A stretch of DNA of 58,884 bases, filler included, from Platydemus manokwari (lineage: Eukaryota), in NCBI GenBank assembly GCA_037951405.1. It is 6 parts of 6 records of this genome, joined end to end, with 100 filler letters (N's around TTAATTAATTAA, not from the genome) between each part and the next. Parts side by side here need not be neighbours in the genome. Positions count along the whole stretch, not along the records: positions 9,833 to 18,800 come from JBBMOY011321649.1; positions 18,901 to 29,594 come from JBBMOY011112554.1; 4 more parts are not named here. One strand, given 5' to 3'. The notes beneath the pieces are model-generated. The model was given only the letters and a program-made list of their open reading frames with translations, did not search any database and was not told where the DNA came from. Positions 14,441 to 25,760 of this stretch are shown one piece after another (the stretch's first letter is position 1; each line of letters begins with the position of its first letter). A program made the position numbers and the translations under genes.

Positions 14441-15160
14441 TTAGCCAGTATGAACGTTACAAGGATGTCGATGCTTCGGATTGTGTCGCAGATAAAAAGC
14501 AGATCTGATTTCTGACATTGTACTATTCAGATAATTAAATAATAATTCGATCTCGAACTGAATGCTCATTTTGTCCGTTAAATCATAGAGCTCTTTGACA
14601 ATCGCTAATATTTCTTGTGACCACGGATGGAATTTGGTAATGACCTTTCCCGATTTTAAACCCCTTAAAATATGACAAATAAACGGCAATATGTATTCCA
14701 ATGAATCTTTGTATTCTTGATAACTATCTCGCAACAGACCTTTAAGATCGATACATATATGAATATCTTTCGCCAATGTCAATCGTCCAAGAAAGTTTCC
14801 CAAATTACGAAGATGATTCATTGCTCGAATGTCAATCGTGCAATTCTTCAATATGATGTCAATCTCTTTCTTTGCCAATTCAATAACCATATTACTGAAT
14901 CCGGGTGAATATTCTCCATAAGCATTTATAAACGATGAATACATGTCTATAAGATTCGTCTCTATTCGACATCTGGAAATGAGAAATATTCCCAACCAAT
15001 TCTCGGAGTTTTGTGGAACAATATTGGAGATTTCTTTGGAAGTCTGACCAATATTCAAATCGGACATATTGTTGATGAGAAATATCACACGCTTGTGAAC
15101 CGATTCACCAGGAAAATTAGATGAATTAATTTTAGATAATTTCAGTTGTTTTTGTGTCAT
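14441..15160 (-). CDS. stand-alone CNOT1-type MIF4G (CAF1/DDX6-binding) domain protein, 239 aa, intronless
   Basis: Colinear with the central CNOT1 MIF4G: VIFLINNMS (IAFIFNNLS), WLGIFLISRCRIETNL (WVSQYLVMKRVSIEPNF), LRNLGNFLGRLTLAK (LKNLGHWLGMITLAK), LEYILPFICHIL (LLYVVPFVAKVL), HPWSQEILAIVKELY (NPWTMAIMNVLAELH), IQFEIELL (LKFEIEVL). ATG 15160 has an in-frame TAA three codons upstream; the ORF ends with its own stop. Confidence 0.85.
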   Translation of the reverse strand: MTQKQLKLSKINSSNFPGESVHKRVIFLINNMSDLNIGQTSKEISNIVPQNSENWLGIFLISRCRIETNLIDMYSSFINAYGEYSPGFSNMVIELAKKEIDIILKNCTIDIRAMNHLRNLGNFLGRLTLAKDIHICIDLKGLLRDSYQEYKDSLEYILPFICHILRGLKSGKVITKFHPWSQEILAIVKELYDLTDKMSIQFEIELLFNYLNSTMSEIRSAFYLRHNPKHRHPCNVHTG

Positions 15161-15681
15161 GAGATATTAATCGGACATTGATAATTTTTATTGAATGTTA
15201 TTAATTAAAATATTATTTGCTATCATTATGAAAATCTGACGATAATTCAATTATCTGTAAAGAAAAGAGTTTATTTTTAGGATTCTTTCAACCATAAAGT
15301 TTTCAACAATAGTTTTTCTCAGAAGAGATTGATTCAATAATTATTACACAATTGCAGATTATTAATTTTAAAATTGTTGTAATACTTGAAATAAAAATGA
15401 AATAGCAACACACTTAATTAATCATAGAAGTAAATCTACATTATACGGAACTCGTGCTCATACATTGTCGCACACACGTGGTTATATAATTTATTTACTG
15501 ATATTTACTGATAATTATTAATCAATGTAGAAAAATAAATATATAAATAATAATTCTACGAAATCTACGTGACATAGATTGAATCTGGTTAAAGTCTGAA
15601 TAATAGAAAAAGAAAAATTTACAAATTGATTAAAGACAATTGTTATAGACCAATCGATCGAGTTGTCTGAGACAATCATCT

Positions 15682-17921
15682 CTAAGTATTGGAATTTTCA
15701 TGATAGACTTGAACGGCCATGATATCACCAGTAGAAATAGTTTGTGTACCCACACTTGTTGTCCCAATGGACCGCTGAGATCGATTACTTGCTTCAAAAG
15801 AGCTCGACGGTCTCGATATATCCTGAATGGAATTGATTTCCCCTGGTATACCACTCGAACTGCTTAAACATTCTGTAGACGATTGAGTGGGACTCGGAAC
15901 AGTTGTCACTGAATAATCTCCCAAATCAACTTGGTTTGGTTGATAATCCCAATCATTTAAATCGTCCTCTGAGTCCATTTTTGACAATTGAAGAATCTCT
16001 GCCAGCTCCTCATCTATATCGTGATAGGTGTTAATAATATTCCGTTGTTCTGACATAAGACTGGGACAACACGACACAGAATCGTTATCAACACTATGAG
16101 TATTGTTGAATGATTTTTTCTGAGTGTGAACAAGATCTCCACAAAATCTTTGAACGATATCTTTATCGGATTCTTTCCAAACTTGAGTTGCTCGCCACTT
16201 AGCTCTAGATTGTTTCGGGGCGAGAATCGCATTGAAATAAATGCATTCACCGACCTACACAAATATCATTAACAGATATCTATTAATAAAACAATGACGA
16301 TTGAAAATGAACATATTTAGTAATATACTTTTAATTCTCTCGATGTAAATAATTAGAATTATGCGTTAACAGTTACTTGACCATTAGTGATCTTAAAAGT
16401 TTGTGAAGCATATCCAAATACGATTTTTCACTCTTTAATAGAATTAAACATAAATCTAATCCAACATATTATTGCTGTAATGAAGACAGTATTATAGTAG
16501 TTTCAATTCAAATGTAATCCACTGACTAACATTAAGTATCGAATTAGTCCTAAGATAAGACGAGTCCCAGTTCTTACCGAAAAACTATTTTAAAATTAAA
16601 TCTTTTATGAATCCAGTAATAAAACATAAAATTTGTAGAAAAAAACAATATAAAATTATTTTAAATCGATTCAAATAAGGAAAAACAATTCAAGAAAATC
16701 TAGTTTTATATTCGACCTAATGAGATATTTATATTTTGTGGTGTTGAAAATACTCCTGAATTTCTCAATATTTACCTGAAAATGTCTTTGTAGATCGTCG
16801 AGGTGTTTGAAGATTGATTTGTCAAAGAAAACATGTTCATGTTGACCTAGGTCGACAATTCCCCAGAGTTTAGTCACATGGTAAACGTTTCCACATTGAT
16901 TAATGATTGTGCGCACCCCATCTTTAGTAGATACATCATCATTGACAATAATGCTTATCTCTTCAGTATCTAGACAAGAAACCTGGCCTTTTCTGTCAAT
17001 ATGAAATAAAGTTGTTTGCTTGCGAATAAATTCCTCCAATTCGATTTTCGTCCATCCAATGCAATCTCGAACGGAGGACGGCGCTTGTGCTAAATACAGG
17101 AACAAATGATTTACGCTGATCTTAGCACAAGTTTTTCTGCGTATTATAGTGCGTAAAAACATTGCAGCTTGAAACTCTCGACTGTCAATGGCAACTGATA
17201 GTTTAGAGCTCGTTGGAATAAGCCTAGGTTCCTTTTCTCTTTCAGAATGATTTATTATCATTGAAGTCGGTCGACCTCGTTTCACAACATTTCTATTGCT
17301 TATAACCGCTGATCTTGGTCTAGTTTTCGAAGCTCTCGAAAGACAAATAGACGAGAAATTGTCCCGAAGGCTTACTAAATCGCCCTGAATCTCAAATACA
17401 TGAGGATGTCGCTGGATAAATTTACGGAAGAAAGCTTGGGGACCAACAACTTTACGAATCGATTCAGATGCCTGAGATAAATGGCCAGCTAAGCTTTTAA
17501 TTTGAATCCAATGTTCTTCACGCTTTGCCAGTTGGGACTGAAAATATTTCACTGCTTCCGTTTCTTGTGCAAGATCGACAGGTCGTCTTAATCGATAAGA
17601 CTCACTTTCTGAACGAGAAATATTTCCATTCTCAAGATCCACACTGCTCGCACAATCTGATACATCGATTGGCGATACAAATTGACCATCGATTTGAAAT
17701 AGCGATGGATATTTCTCCATAAATGATCGCAGGCCGCTTATATTGAAACCACAAACCTCTTGCATGTCATTGCTAACGTTTTCTGCGAAAATTTTGCTCC
17801 CGAGTTCTTCTATCGATAACGATGTTTCGGAGTTCATAAGGACTTCTAATAAGAACAACATAGCACGGTGATTTGGATCGTTCATCATTTTATATAAACT
17901 GGCTTCTCTCAAATAATTCAT
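15682..17921 (-). CDS. Egalitarian-like RNA-binding protein (3 winged-helix/LOTUS-like repeats + OB/cold-shock-like domain + C-terminal LC8 motif), 572 aa, 2 exons
   Basis: Exon 1 17921-16776 (donor CAG|GTAAAT) and exon 2 16254-15682 (acceptor GTGTAG|GTC) join as HFQ|VGECIYFNAILAPKQSRAKWRATQVWKE. Egl-type repeats GLRSFMEKYPSLF, IKSLAGHLSQASESIR..FIQRHPHVF and LEEFIRKQTTLF. C-terminus VGTQTISTGDIMAVQVY resembles the Egl (S/T)QT.STGD dynein-light-chain site. Confidence 0.85.
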
Positions 17922-17952
17922 ACACGAATCAACATCTAATAAAAATGATGAA

Positions 17953-17955
<3 letters not shown>

Positions 17956-18012
<57 letters not shown>
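17956..18012. repeat. (AAT)n microsatellite immediately upstream of the Egl-like ATG
   Basis: About 19 perfect AAT units. Confidence 0.95.
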
Positions 18013-18800
18013 CAAAAATAATAATAATAATAAATCAAATATAAATCTCAAGAAATATATTAAAAAGATACTAAATGTGTACTTAATGCCTTGTCCAATA
18101 TATTAATTAATAATAAAACATTATATTGTGTACCGAATATTATTTTCAGCAAATTCTGGTTCAATTCATTTTCTATTTTATTCTATATTTTCCTAACATA
18201 AAATCGATATCGAGAAAATCATGGAAAAACATTCTAAAATTATCCGTGATTAAGACTAGATGTGAATTAAAGGATTCCTCAAATGATATTTCACGAATTT
18301 GTTAATAAACAAACCCATGATATTAAAACGATATCGAGCTGACAAAACGGGATGATGATATCGAAACAATATTAAATATCCTCTCAATACATTCCCGGTA
18401 TCATAAATTTTTTGTCAATATCTTTGTAAATATCAGCCCTAAAATCGATATCCAATAAAAACGAAAAATTCGTTCAAAAACTGATTAATCTAATTTCGGG
18501 TATTGGCATTATGAAATTTTGATAATTATCTGTCACCCGTAGGAATTTGTAATGGAAAGTTTTTTATAATTTAATTTAAGGACTCGATTTTGGTTTGTAA
18601 ATTTTCAAATAAAATTTTAGGTTCAACGATAATTCTGTAGGAGCTGAAACTCCGAAACATTCATCACTACACTACTGATTATGTCGATATATAAATCGAT
18701 AAAAAAAAATCTTCTGAATACATTCATGTCTATTTCACTGATTTGTCCGCAAGAATCTAAGATATCTGGAAATATTTGATTCTATTAACGAACAACTATT

Positions 18801-18900
18801 NNNNNNNNNNNNNNNNNNNNNNNNNNNNNNNNNNNNNNNNNNNNTTAATTAATTAANNNNNNNNNNNNNNNNNNNNNNNNNNNNNNNNNNNNNNNNNNNN
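18801..18900. other. artificial contig linker
   Basis: N44-TTAATTAATTAA-N44. Confidence 0.98.
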
Positions 18901-18989
18901 AAATATTTTTTAATTCTTTAACATGCAAATCCCTTAATATCTCCAAACAAGAAATATATGACTTATACCACTTTCATTATCAAGGGCAC
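18901..18989 (-). mobile_element. end of a second copy of the Sola-like MITE (truncated by contig start)
   Basis: Near-exact reverse complement of 12276-12365; terminus ...TCAAGGGCAC followed by ATAT (AWWT). Confidence 0.85.
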
Positions 18990-20720
18990 ATATAGTTTAG
19001 GGAAATATAACATGTAATTGAAACTAACTAAATATACATGTATATCTATGAATCTCAATTATTGTATAAATGGATCCCAGTGGACAGAATTGTTAGAAAC
19101 AGGGCTTGCTCGACTACTGTTATTAAAAATTCAGTCACTATAAAGTTTGTATTTGATAACAATGTGATAATGGTAATAATTGAATCGCCGATGTTTGATC
19201 CATTAGATACCAGGTTGGTTGGAATATTATCTGCTTCAGCAAGACATACCTGGGACCTCAATGACACATGGCTAATGTCGAATCCATTCAGAAGACGCGT
19301 AGTCAATTACTGTAAATGTAAACCTTAAAACCTAGTTTTCGAGGCACGACTAACTGTGTGAAAACAATTTTTCAATTTACACTCTAGGGTGAAATCTGAA
19401 GAAGTTCATTAGCCTATTTAATAGTGAAATTTATCTGAAGTTAAAATTTTTCAATAAATATATTTCGTGTGAAAGAAATTTACGTTCATAACGACACTGG
19501 GAAACCCGAAACCATTGTCCTTATCAATTAGATACACACATGCTCGCACTAATTTTCAAACACACTAATTGACAAATCAGAGAGTTCATTTCGTTTGGAT
19601 ACAACTCATGAAAAAAGACAAACAAGGCTGACCATAATCATCGTCACAAATCTTTAGGTTGCAATTAGAATGACAAATGAAATGAAGGTTTATATTTATC
19701 GTGAAATGATCTTATCGATTATTTATCATTTTCGTTCGGCAAATTTATATATTCATGTGACAATGATTTTATAAATTCATTATTTGTTGAGTATGCTCAA
19801 GTAACACAATATCGAATTTTAAAACACAAATCCAAATTTTATTGAATAATTAAATTGCCTTAATTTGGTAGAAATTATGAGAATTTAAATCGGATTAGAA
19901 ATCCACAAAATATTAATCGATCAGAAAGTATTAAATTCGAATATAGAGATTGGTTAGCATAGATTTCTTTCGACAGAACAACGGTTGAAGAATCAGTGCA
20001 CATTTGGTTGATAAAAATCAAGTATCTTCTTTATATCTATCGTACCTAATTAAAATCTTATGCCATCACAAGATTTATCTTTTGTGGCAATTTAATTGTC
20101 TTTTTAAATTATCCCGTTTTTTTGCTTGACCTGTTATTTATGTAATTTTTAATTCACACCTATCACGATCATTATAATTTCGTTAAAGAGTGTCATAAAA
20201 TGTAAAATCTTCAACCAAACTCTTGAAAATGTCTTCTTATGAAGAAAGAATGTTTAATAAAAGGTGATATATGAGGAATCTCTAAAGTAAGCAATCAATA
20301 TTTGTGAAACAAAAAGAACTAGAAAAATTTATGACAGAAGACTTGGAAATAAAGTTCATAAATAAATTAAATAAAGCAATAATAATTAAAATAATTTCTC
20401 GATTGCAACATATCAGTGGCGACACGGTAATCGATAATGAATGTAACCGAAATCTTCTAATTGAAAAATGGATTCCTTTTCCTATTGTATATTGATGAGT
20501 AGAAATGACTGCAATGCCAATCATCAGAGAACGATCTATTGCAAATATTATGACTCAATCACTAAACTCACCATACATCTTTTACAATTACGTTAACAGA
20601 ATTATTAATAATTAATAGAAATAATTTTATAAATTTATATTTATGAATTCAGAAGTGATTTATTTTAAAACACAAATAATCGAAATTTTTGGTAAAGTTA
20701 AGAAAAGGATTTGTTATCCA

Positions 20721-21000
20721 TATTGCAAAAATCTATAGTTTATTTAATTATATTCTTTAAAAATATTTTAAATTTTTGATTCATGTACTCAATAAGAATT
20801 TTAGCTGTTTAAAATAAAATATTAAATAGAGTAAAACCTCAAAATCTCTTAAAATTTGATTATTTGATAAGCGGATCAAAGTAGGTCAAATTGTACTTTA
20901 TTGAAAATTAGTGAGGACCCCTTTTTTAGAATTAGAAACAAACTGAAAGATAAAGTAATTTTTTAAAAATAAACATGCCAGGAGTTTATTAAGTCTTTTT
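20721..21000 (+). repeat. interspersed repeat family A copy
   Basis: Begins tattgcaaaa.tctatagtttatttaatt; shared blocks with the 21536 and 25209 copies. Confidence 0.8.
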
Positions 21001-21535
21001 ATAAATTAAAAAAAATTAATTTCAGAAATAAAAAAAAAGATAAAAAAAAACTTAAAAATAAAACTAAAAAACTAAAAAAATTATTATTATAAATTCGATG
21101 ATTTCTTGATTTCTTCACTTTTCTATTTCAAAGTCAAGATGTGACAATAATATAGAAAAACATTACCAAAAAGGCATCGAACTTAACAATTAAAATATCA
21201 CTTTATATTTAATTGATGGTGAATAAAGCGGATTTATTGGGGGTCTTATGTTATCGCTAGAAATCATTCTAAATGCTTCTTGATAACCGAGACATTTATA
21301 CTCAATATTGAATCGACAGAAAATTGTGATTGTTGTGTGCTGATAGAATTTAGATTGAATTTCGAATCCAAAATATGATAAAAATATTGTTATAAATAAA
21401 TTTTAAATAAATAAATAATGCATGGAAAATAATTACGAAACATTTTTTCTTAATTTAAGCTGAATTTATATTACTTAATTAAAATGTTAAGTTAAAAAAG
21501 TTAAACAAGCGTTCTAAAAGGAAATTTTAAATTTG

Positions 21536-22010
21536 TATTGCAAAATTCTATATAGTTTATTTAATTAAATTCTTTAAAAACATTTTGAATTTTTTATTTT
21601 AATTCCTAGGAAGAATTTTAGTTGTTTGAAATCAAATATTAAATACATTAGAGGTTCAAAGTCTTCTAATTATTGATTATTTGATAAATGGATTAAAATA
21701 GGTCGAATTTCTAATTTATTGAATTTTTAACATTAAACGCAAATTGAGAGATACTTTAAATTTTAGAGTTATTTTATAAAAATAAACAATGATAATATTA
21801 AAGATGTTTGTATTAACTAAGTCGATTTATAAGCGAAAAAATTCAAATTTAAAAACACAGATAACCATTAAGAAGTGTTGTAATTAGAATAAGAACTTGG
21901 TTTTAAAACTATGTTTTGTTCCTATTAACTGAATTAAACTATAAATTATCTCATGCGTGAAAATTAATTATTACGAAAGTAGGTCAAAGAACCCTTTTCT
22001 TAATTTAAGC
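21536..22010 (+). repeat. interspersed repeat family A copy
   Basis: gtattgcaaaattctatatagtttatttaatt... through ...ttttcttaatttaagcc aligns with 25216-25760. Confidence 0.85.
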
Positions 22011-22530
22011 CCTTTAATTGTTGTTGTATTTTGTAATTTAATAAATTTGGATTAGAAAAACAAGTGAATATATCAAAAAATTGACATTTTAATAAATTTT
22101 TAAAAAGCTCCAGTATATTTAATATTTTATTTCAAATTACTAAAATATTAATATGTTAATATAAAAATCTGTAATAATTGTAGTTATTACTCAAATATAA
22201 AATTTCTAAATTTATTATAACTAAGATAAAATTTACCATTATTCAAATTCCAAATAAAGCAATATTATTTTTTACATTTACAAAATTGCTACCCAATCTA
22301 GTTGTCAGAATTTATTTAATGTTGGATATGGAAGTCAAATTTCAATAAATTCTAATTCTAAAGTCTAATCGATATTATAAAAATAATTTTTTACCAAAAA
22401 TATTTACAAAACATTTCAATAATTAAATTTGACTTTTTATCATTTCCAGAAAAAGATTTTCTTTTAAATTATTAATCTTAATTATCAAAAAAAGAGCCAT
22501 TTTAAATTTTGTTGAATTAAATAACGAAAT

Positions 22531-23102
22531 ATGATTAGAAATCTATTAACGATTTGTAAAAGAGGTATGAAAAGTTTTTATTGCTAATAACTTATTAAAA
22601 TCATCTTATCGTCTCTCAGTTTCACCAAGACAAATAACAAAAGAAAACAGAAAATTTTTACACCGCAATAACAACACACAAAAATTGAATAATTCATCAA
22701 AGATTTTGTTGGTTGGAGGATCTGTTGGAATTTGCGCCGGTGCATTTTATTATTTATTAGATAAAAATGAACTGAAAGCAAATTGTTTCAATTCTGCAAT
22801 TTGTTCATCGGTTCTGAAAGCGCAAGATTCCGTTTATTCCCCCACCAAAAAACACGCTCTGTATTTAACTATCCATTTGAATCCCGATGCTCCTACTAAA
22901 GATATTGTAAAGGTCGTTGGCCAGATTAAGAAATATATCGATATTATTTCACCGAAAGATTTGCGAGATGATGATAATGAAATCCTTGCCGGTGTCGGAT
23001 TTGGTCCTAATTTTCTAGTTAAAGCACGACCACATAAAAAATCGGTGAATAATTTTTCTCATCACACCAGAAAAGGTCAACACGGATCCATGCCAAGCAC
23101 TG
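22531..23102 (+). CDS. DyP-type (dye-decolorizing) heme peroxidase, 5' exons, with putative mitochondrial presequence; remainder lost in or after the N-gap
   Basis: Exon 1 22531-22564 (MIRNLLTICKR), 55-nt GT-AG intron, exon 2 22620-23102 ending MPST G|GTAATC. KKHALYLTIHL..EILAGVGFGPNF..KGQHGSMPSTG matches the N-terminal ferredoxin-like half of YfeX-like DyPs (VGFG..., MPST.gD). The catalytic GxxDG exon is not visible. Confidence 0.7.
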
Positions 23103-23161
23103 GTAATCAATTGATTGCGATATATATAACTAAATGAAATCATTTTTTATTTTACAGTTTG

Positions 23162-23355
23162 NNNNNNNNNNNNNNNNNNNNNNNNNNNNNNNNNNNNNNN
23201 NNNNNNNNNNNNNNNNNNNNNNNNNNNNNNNNNNNNNNNNNNNNNNNNNNNNNNNNNNNNNNNNNNNNNNNNNNNNNNNNNNNNNNNNNNNNNNNNNNNN
23301 NNNNNNNNNNNNNNNNNNNNNNNNNNNNNNNNNNNNNNNNNNNNNNNNNNNNNNN
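23162..23355. other. assembly gap (Ns without linker cassette)
   Basis: Run of N with no TTAATTAATTAA core. Confidence 0.95.
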
Positions 23356-25208
23356 TTTAATTAAAAATGATGTTTTACTTCATTTTGTTTCATCAGCAAC
23401 ATTACACACTAAAACAAACCAATTGAATGCTGAAGGTAGTTGTTCATCTATTTTCATTATATTTTCTCATAAATTAATAAAAATATAGTTCCGATTTGGA
23501 TGTTTTATTATTAAACCAAAATCACTTCCTAAAAAAATGAAAAATAAATACATATAACGAGTGATTCCAATATTATCCATTGGTGACATCGACGAACTCA
23601 TGAAACAATCTATTTTTTATGGTTTAATATTTCTTATTCGAGAATTATTGGTGGTTGTCAAAAAATGAAGGTGATATTGATATTTGATGACAATAGCTAG
23701 AAGATTAATGTGCGCTGCCTTAGATTGTTGTGGGGAAAATAAGAAGATTATTTTGAGATACAGATCAATCTATATTTGGGAGAAAATTCATTTTTAATTA
23801 TAACGATGGTCGTATGCGTTTTCTGACAGAAGCAAAAATTTTAAATTGACAGATGAATCTTGATGAGTGGCATTTATTTTTTTTTAATCTTCTAACAATC
23901 ATTTCAGAACAATTAGAAAAGATAAATTCGGAAATCGAACAAAAGAAAAATTAGATAGAAGTTGTTTTAAACAAGATGTTGGTGCGCAAGTATATCAATT
24001 TTAAAATGTTTCATATTGTGTATTAAAGGAAATTTTAAAGCAGTCTTACATCAGTTAATTGACGAAATTTACTTCTCGATTTCTAATGAGTCAAATCTGG
24101 CTCTTCTTCTTAATGTGAATTGCCCACTAAGTCAAAATTCCGAGTAGGTTGTATCTAAAATTTAGAACAGGTATTCAGTATTAATTTATATAATTTATAT
24201 GAACCCAATGACAAAGCTAAACATCAATAATAAGCTTCAATTAAAACAAAACAATATATAAATAAATTATTGAGAAAATCTAAAATAACCAGAATTTGTA
24301 ATGTTTTTTGTTATTTTATTTAGAGTTTCCACGTGATTGGTTCAAATCGCATGTTACGTTATAATCATCTACAGTTTCTTCATAATTGTGTAAATGTTCT
24401 CTTCAAGATTTGTGTCGGGCTCATTAAAAAAATGTAAAGGATTAGTTTTATTTAAAGAATTTAAACTTTGTGAATGAAATACTCACGATGATAATCGGTA
24501 GAAAATTTATTTCAAAATTTATTACTCGTTATTGATTGTTACATGTCACCATCAGAAATTTTGGATTTTATGGCAGACTACTCCCACTTAAATTCGTACG
24601 TTTTATAAAATTCATACTCGTACGTATATTTAATCGTGATATTTAGTCTTTTACTTTTTGATTTATTGGATTTAGAAATTTCTTTCTTCGAAAATTTACA
24701 TCCCATCGGTCTTCTATTTTATATACAAAATAACTCGTAAAATATGATTTATCTTTGAAACTAAAAGTAAAATAAAATTTAATAATCATGAAAATATTCC
24801 TCCATTTTATCAAATGTTATTTTTTGGAATTTCAATTCATGGAGAAACACAATTACTTTTTAAAATGTTATTAACTCCGATTTTTTTAGATTTTAATAAT
24901 TTAAAAATATTTTTCAAAAACTGTTTATCAAGAAGAATATCAAATTTTATGCCATGGATTTAAAAATGGTTATCAAAAGAAAGAATAAACAAAAATATTT
25001 GAAGACCGAGATAAATTTGATGAAAATTTGACCATTGGAGAAATTTGTGCAAAAATGTTTCCACAAAAACTATATCCATAATTATAGGAAAGAAATTTAA
25101 AAAGAAATTAATATTATTTGGTGATTGTATAAGCGAAAAACTCAAGTCATTCTGAGAATTATTGGCTAAAGTTACGAAAAGGGGTCTTAAAATCAAATTT
25201 TAAATTTG

Positions 25209-25760
25209 TTGAGTGTATTGCAAAATTCTATATAGTTTATTTAATTATATTCTTTAAATACATTTTGAATTTTTTATTTAATTACTTAAGAAGAATTTAA
25301 GTTGTTTAAAATCAAATATTAAATAGATTAGAGCTTCAAGAAATCCTAAAATTTGATTATTTGAAAAAGGGATCAAAGTAGGCCGAATTGAAATTTATTG
25401 AAAATTAGCGAGGACTCCTTTTGATATTAGAAGCAAATTGAGAGATATTTTCAATTTTTACAATTATTTTATAAAAAATAACCAATGATATTATTAAACA
25501 TGTCAGTAATTAACTAACTCGATTTATAATTAAAGAAAATTAAATTTAAAAACTCAAATAATCACATAGAAGTGCTGTGAATCAGAATAGGAACTATTTT
25601 CTGACTCTGTTAGACATCCTAAAAGTGAGATATTAACTGAATTATACGAATAAACCAAACATCACAATTATACATAAAGTAAGTTATAAAATTATTTCAT
25701 GTGCGAAAATTCAATATCAGGAAAGTAAATCAAAGCACCACTTTTCTTAACTTAAGCCGA
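25209..25760 (+). repeat. interspersed repeat family A copy (longest)
   Basis: Aligns over ~500 bp with 21536-22010 and partly with 20721-21000. Confidence 0.85.

Noticed and set aside
15160-15682. Mini-NOT1 as a fused terminal exon of the Egl-like gene
   Set aside because: The Egl-like ORF ends with its own conserved C-terminal motif and stop, and an in-frame TAA lies just upstream of the MIF4G ATG.
16014-16262. ORF-track 82-aa ORF
   Set aside because: Wrong frame of Egl-like exon 2.
17873-18106. Poly-Ile ORF
   Set aside because: Translation of the (AAT)n microsatellite.
19038-19328. Overlapping ORFs on both strands
   Set aside because: No recognisable motif or convincing splice framework; cannot support a call.
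22531-23102. DyP as bacterial contamination
   Set aside because: It has GT-AG introns, host-like AT content and shares a scaffold with Mondo and host repeats.
23134-23488. ORFs containing X runs
   Set aside because: Artefacts of reading through Ns.
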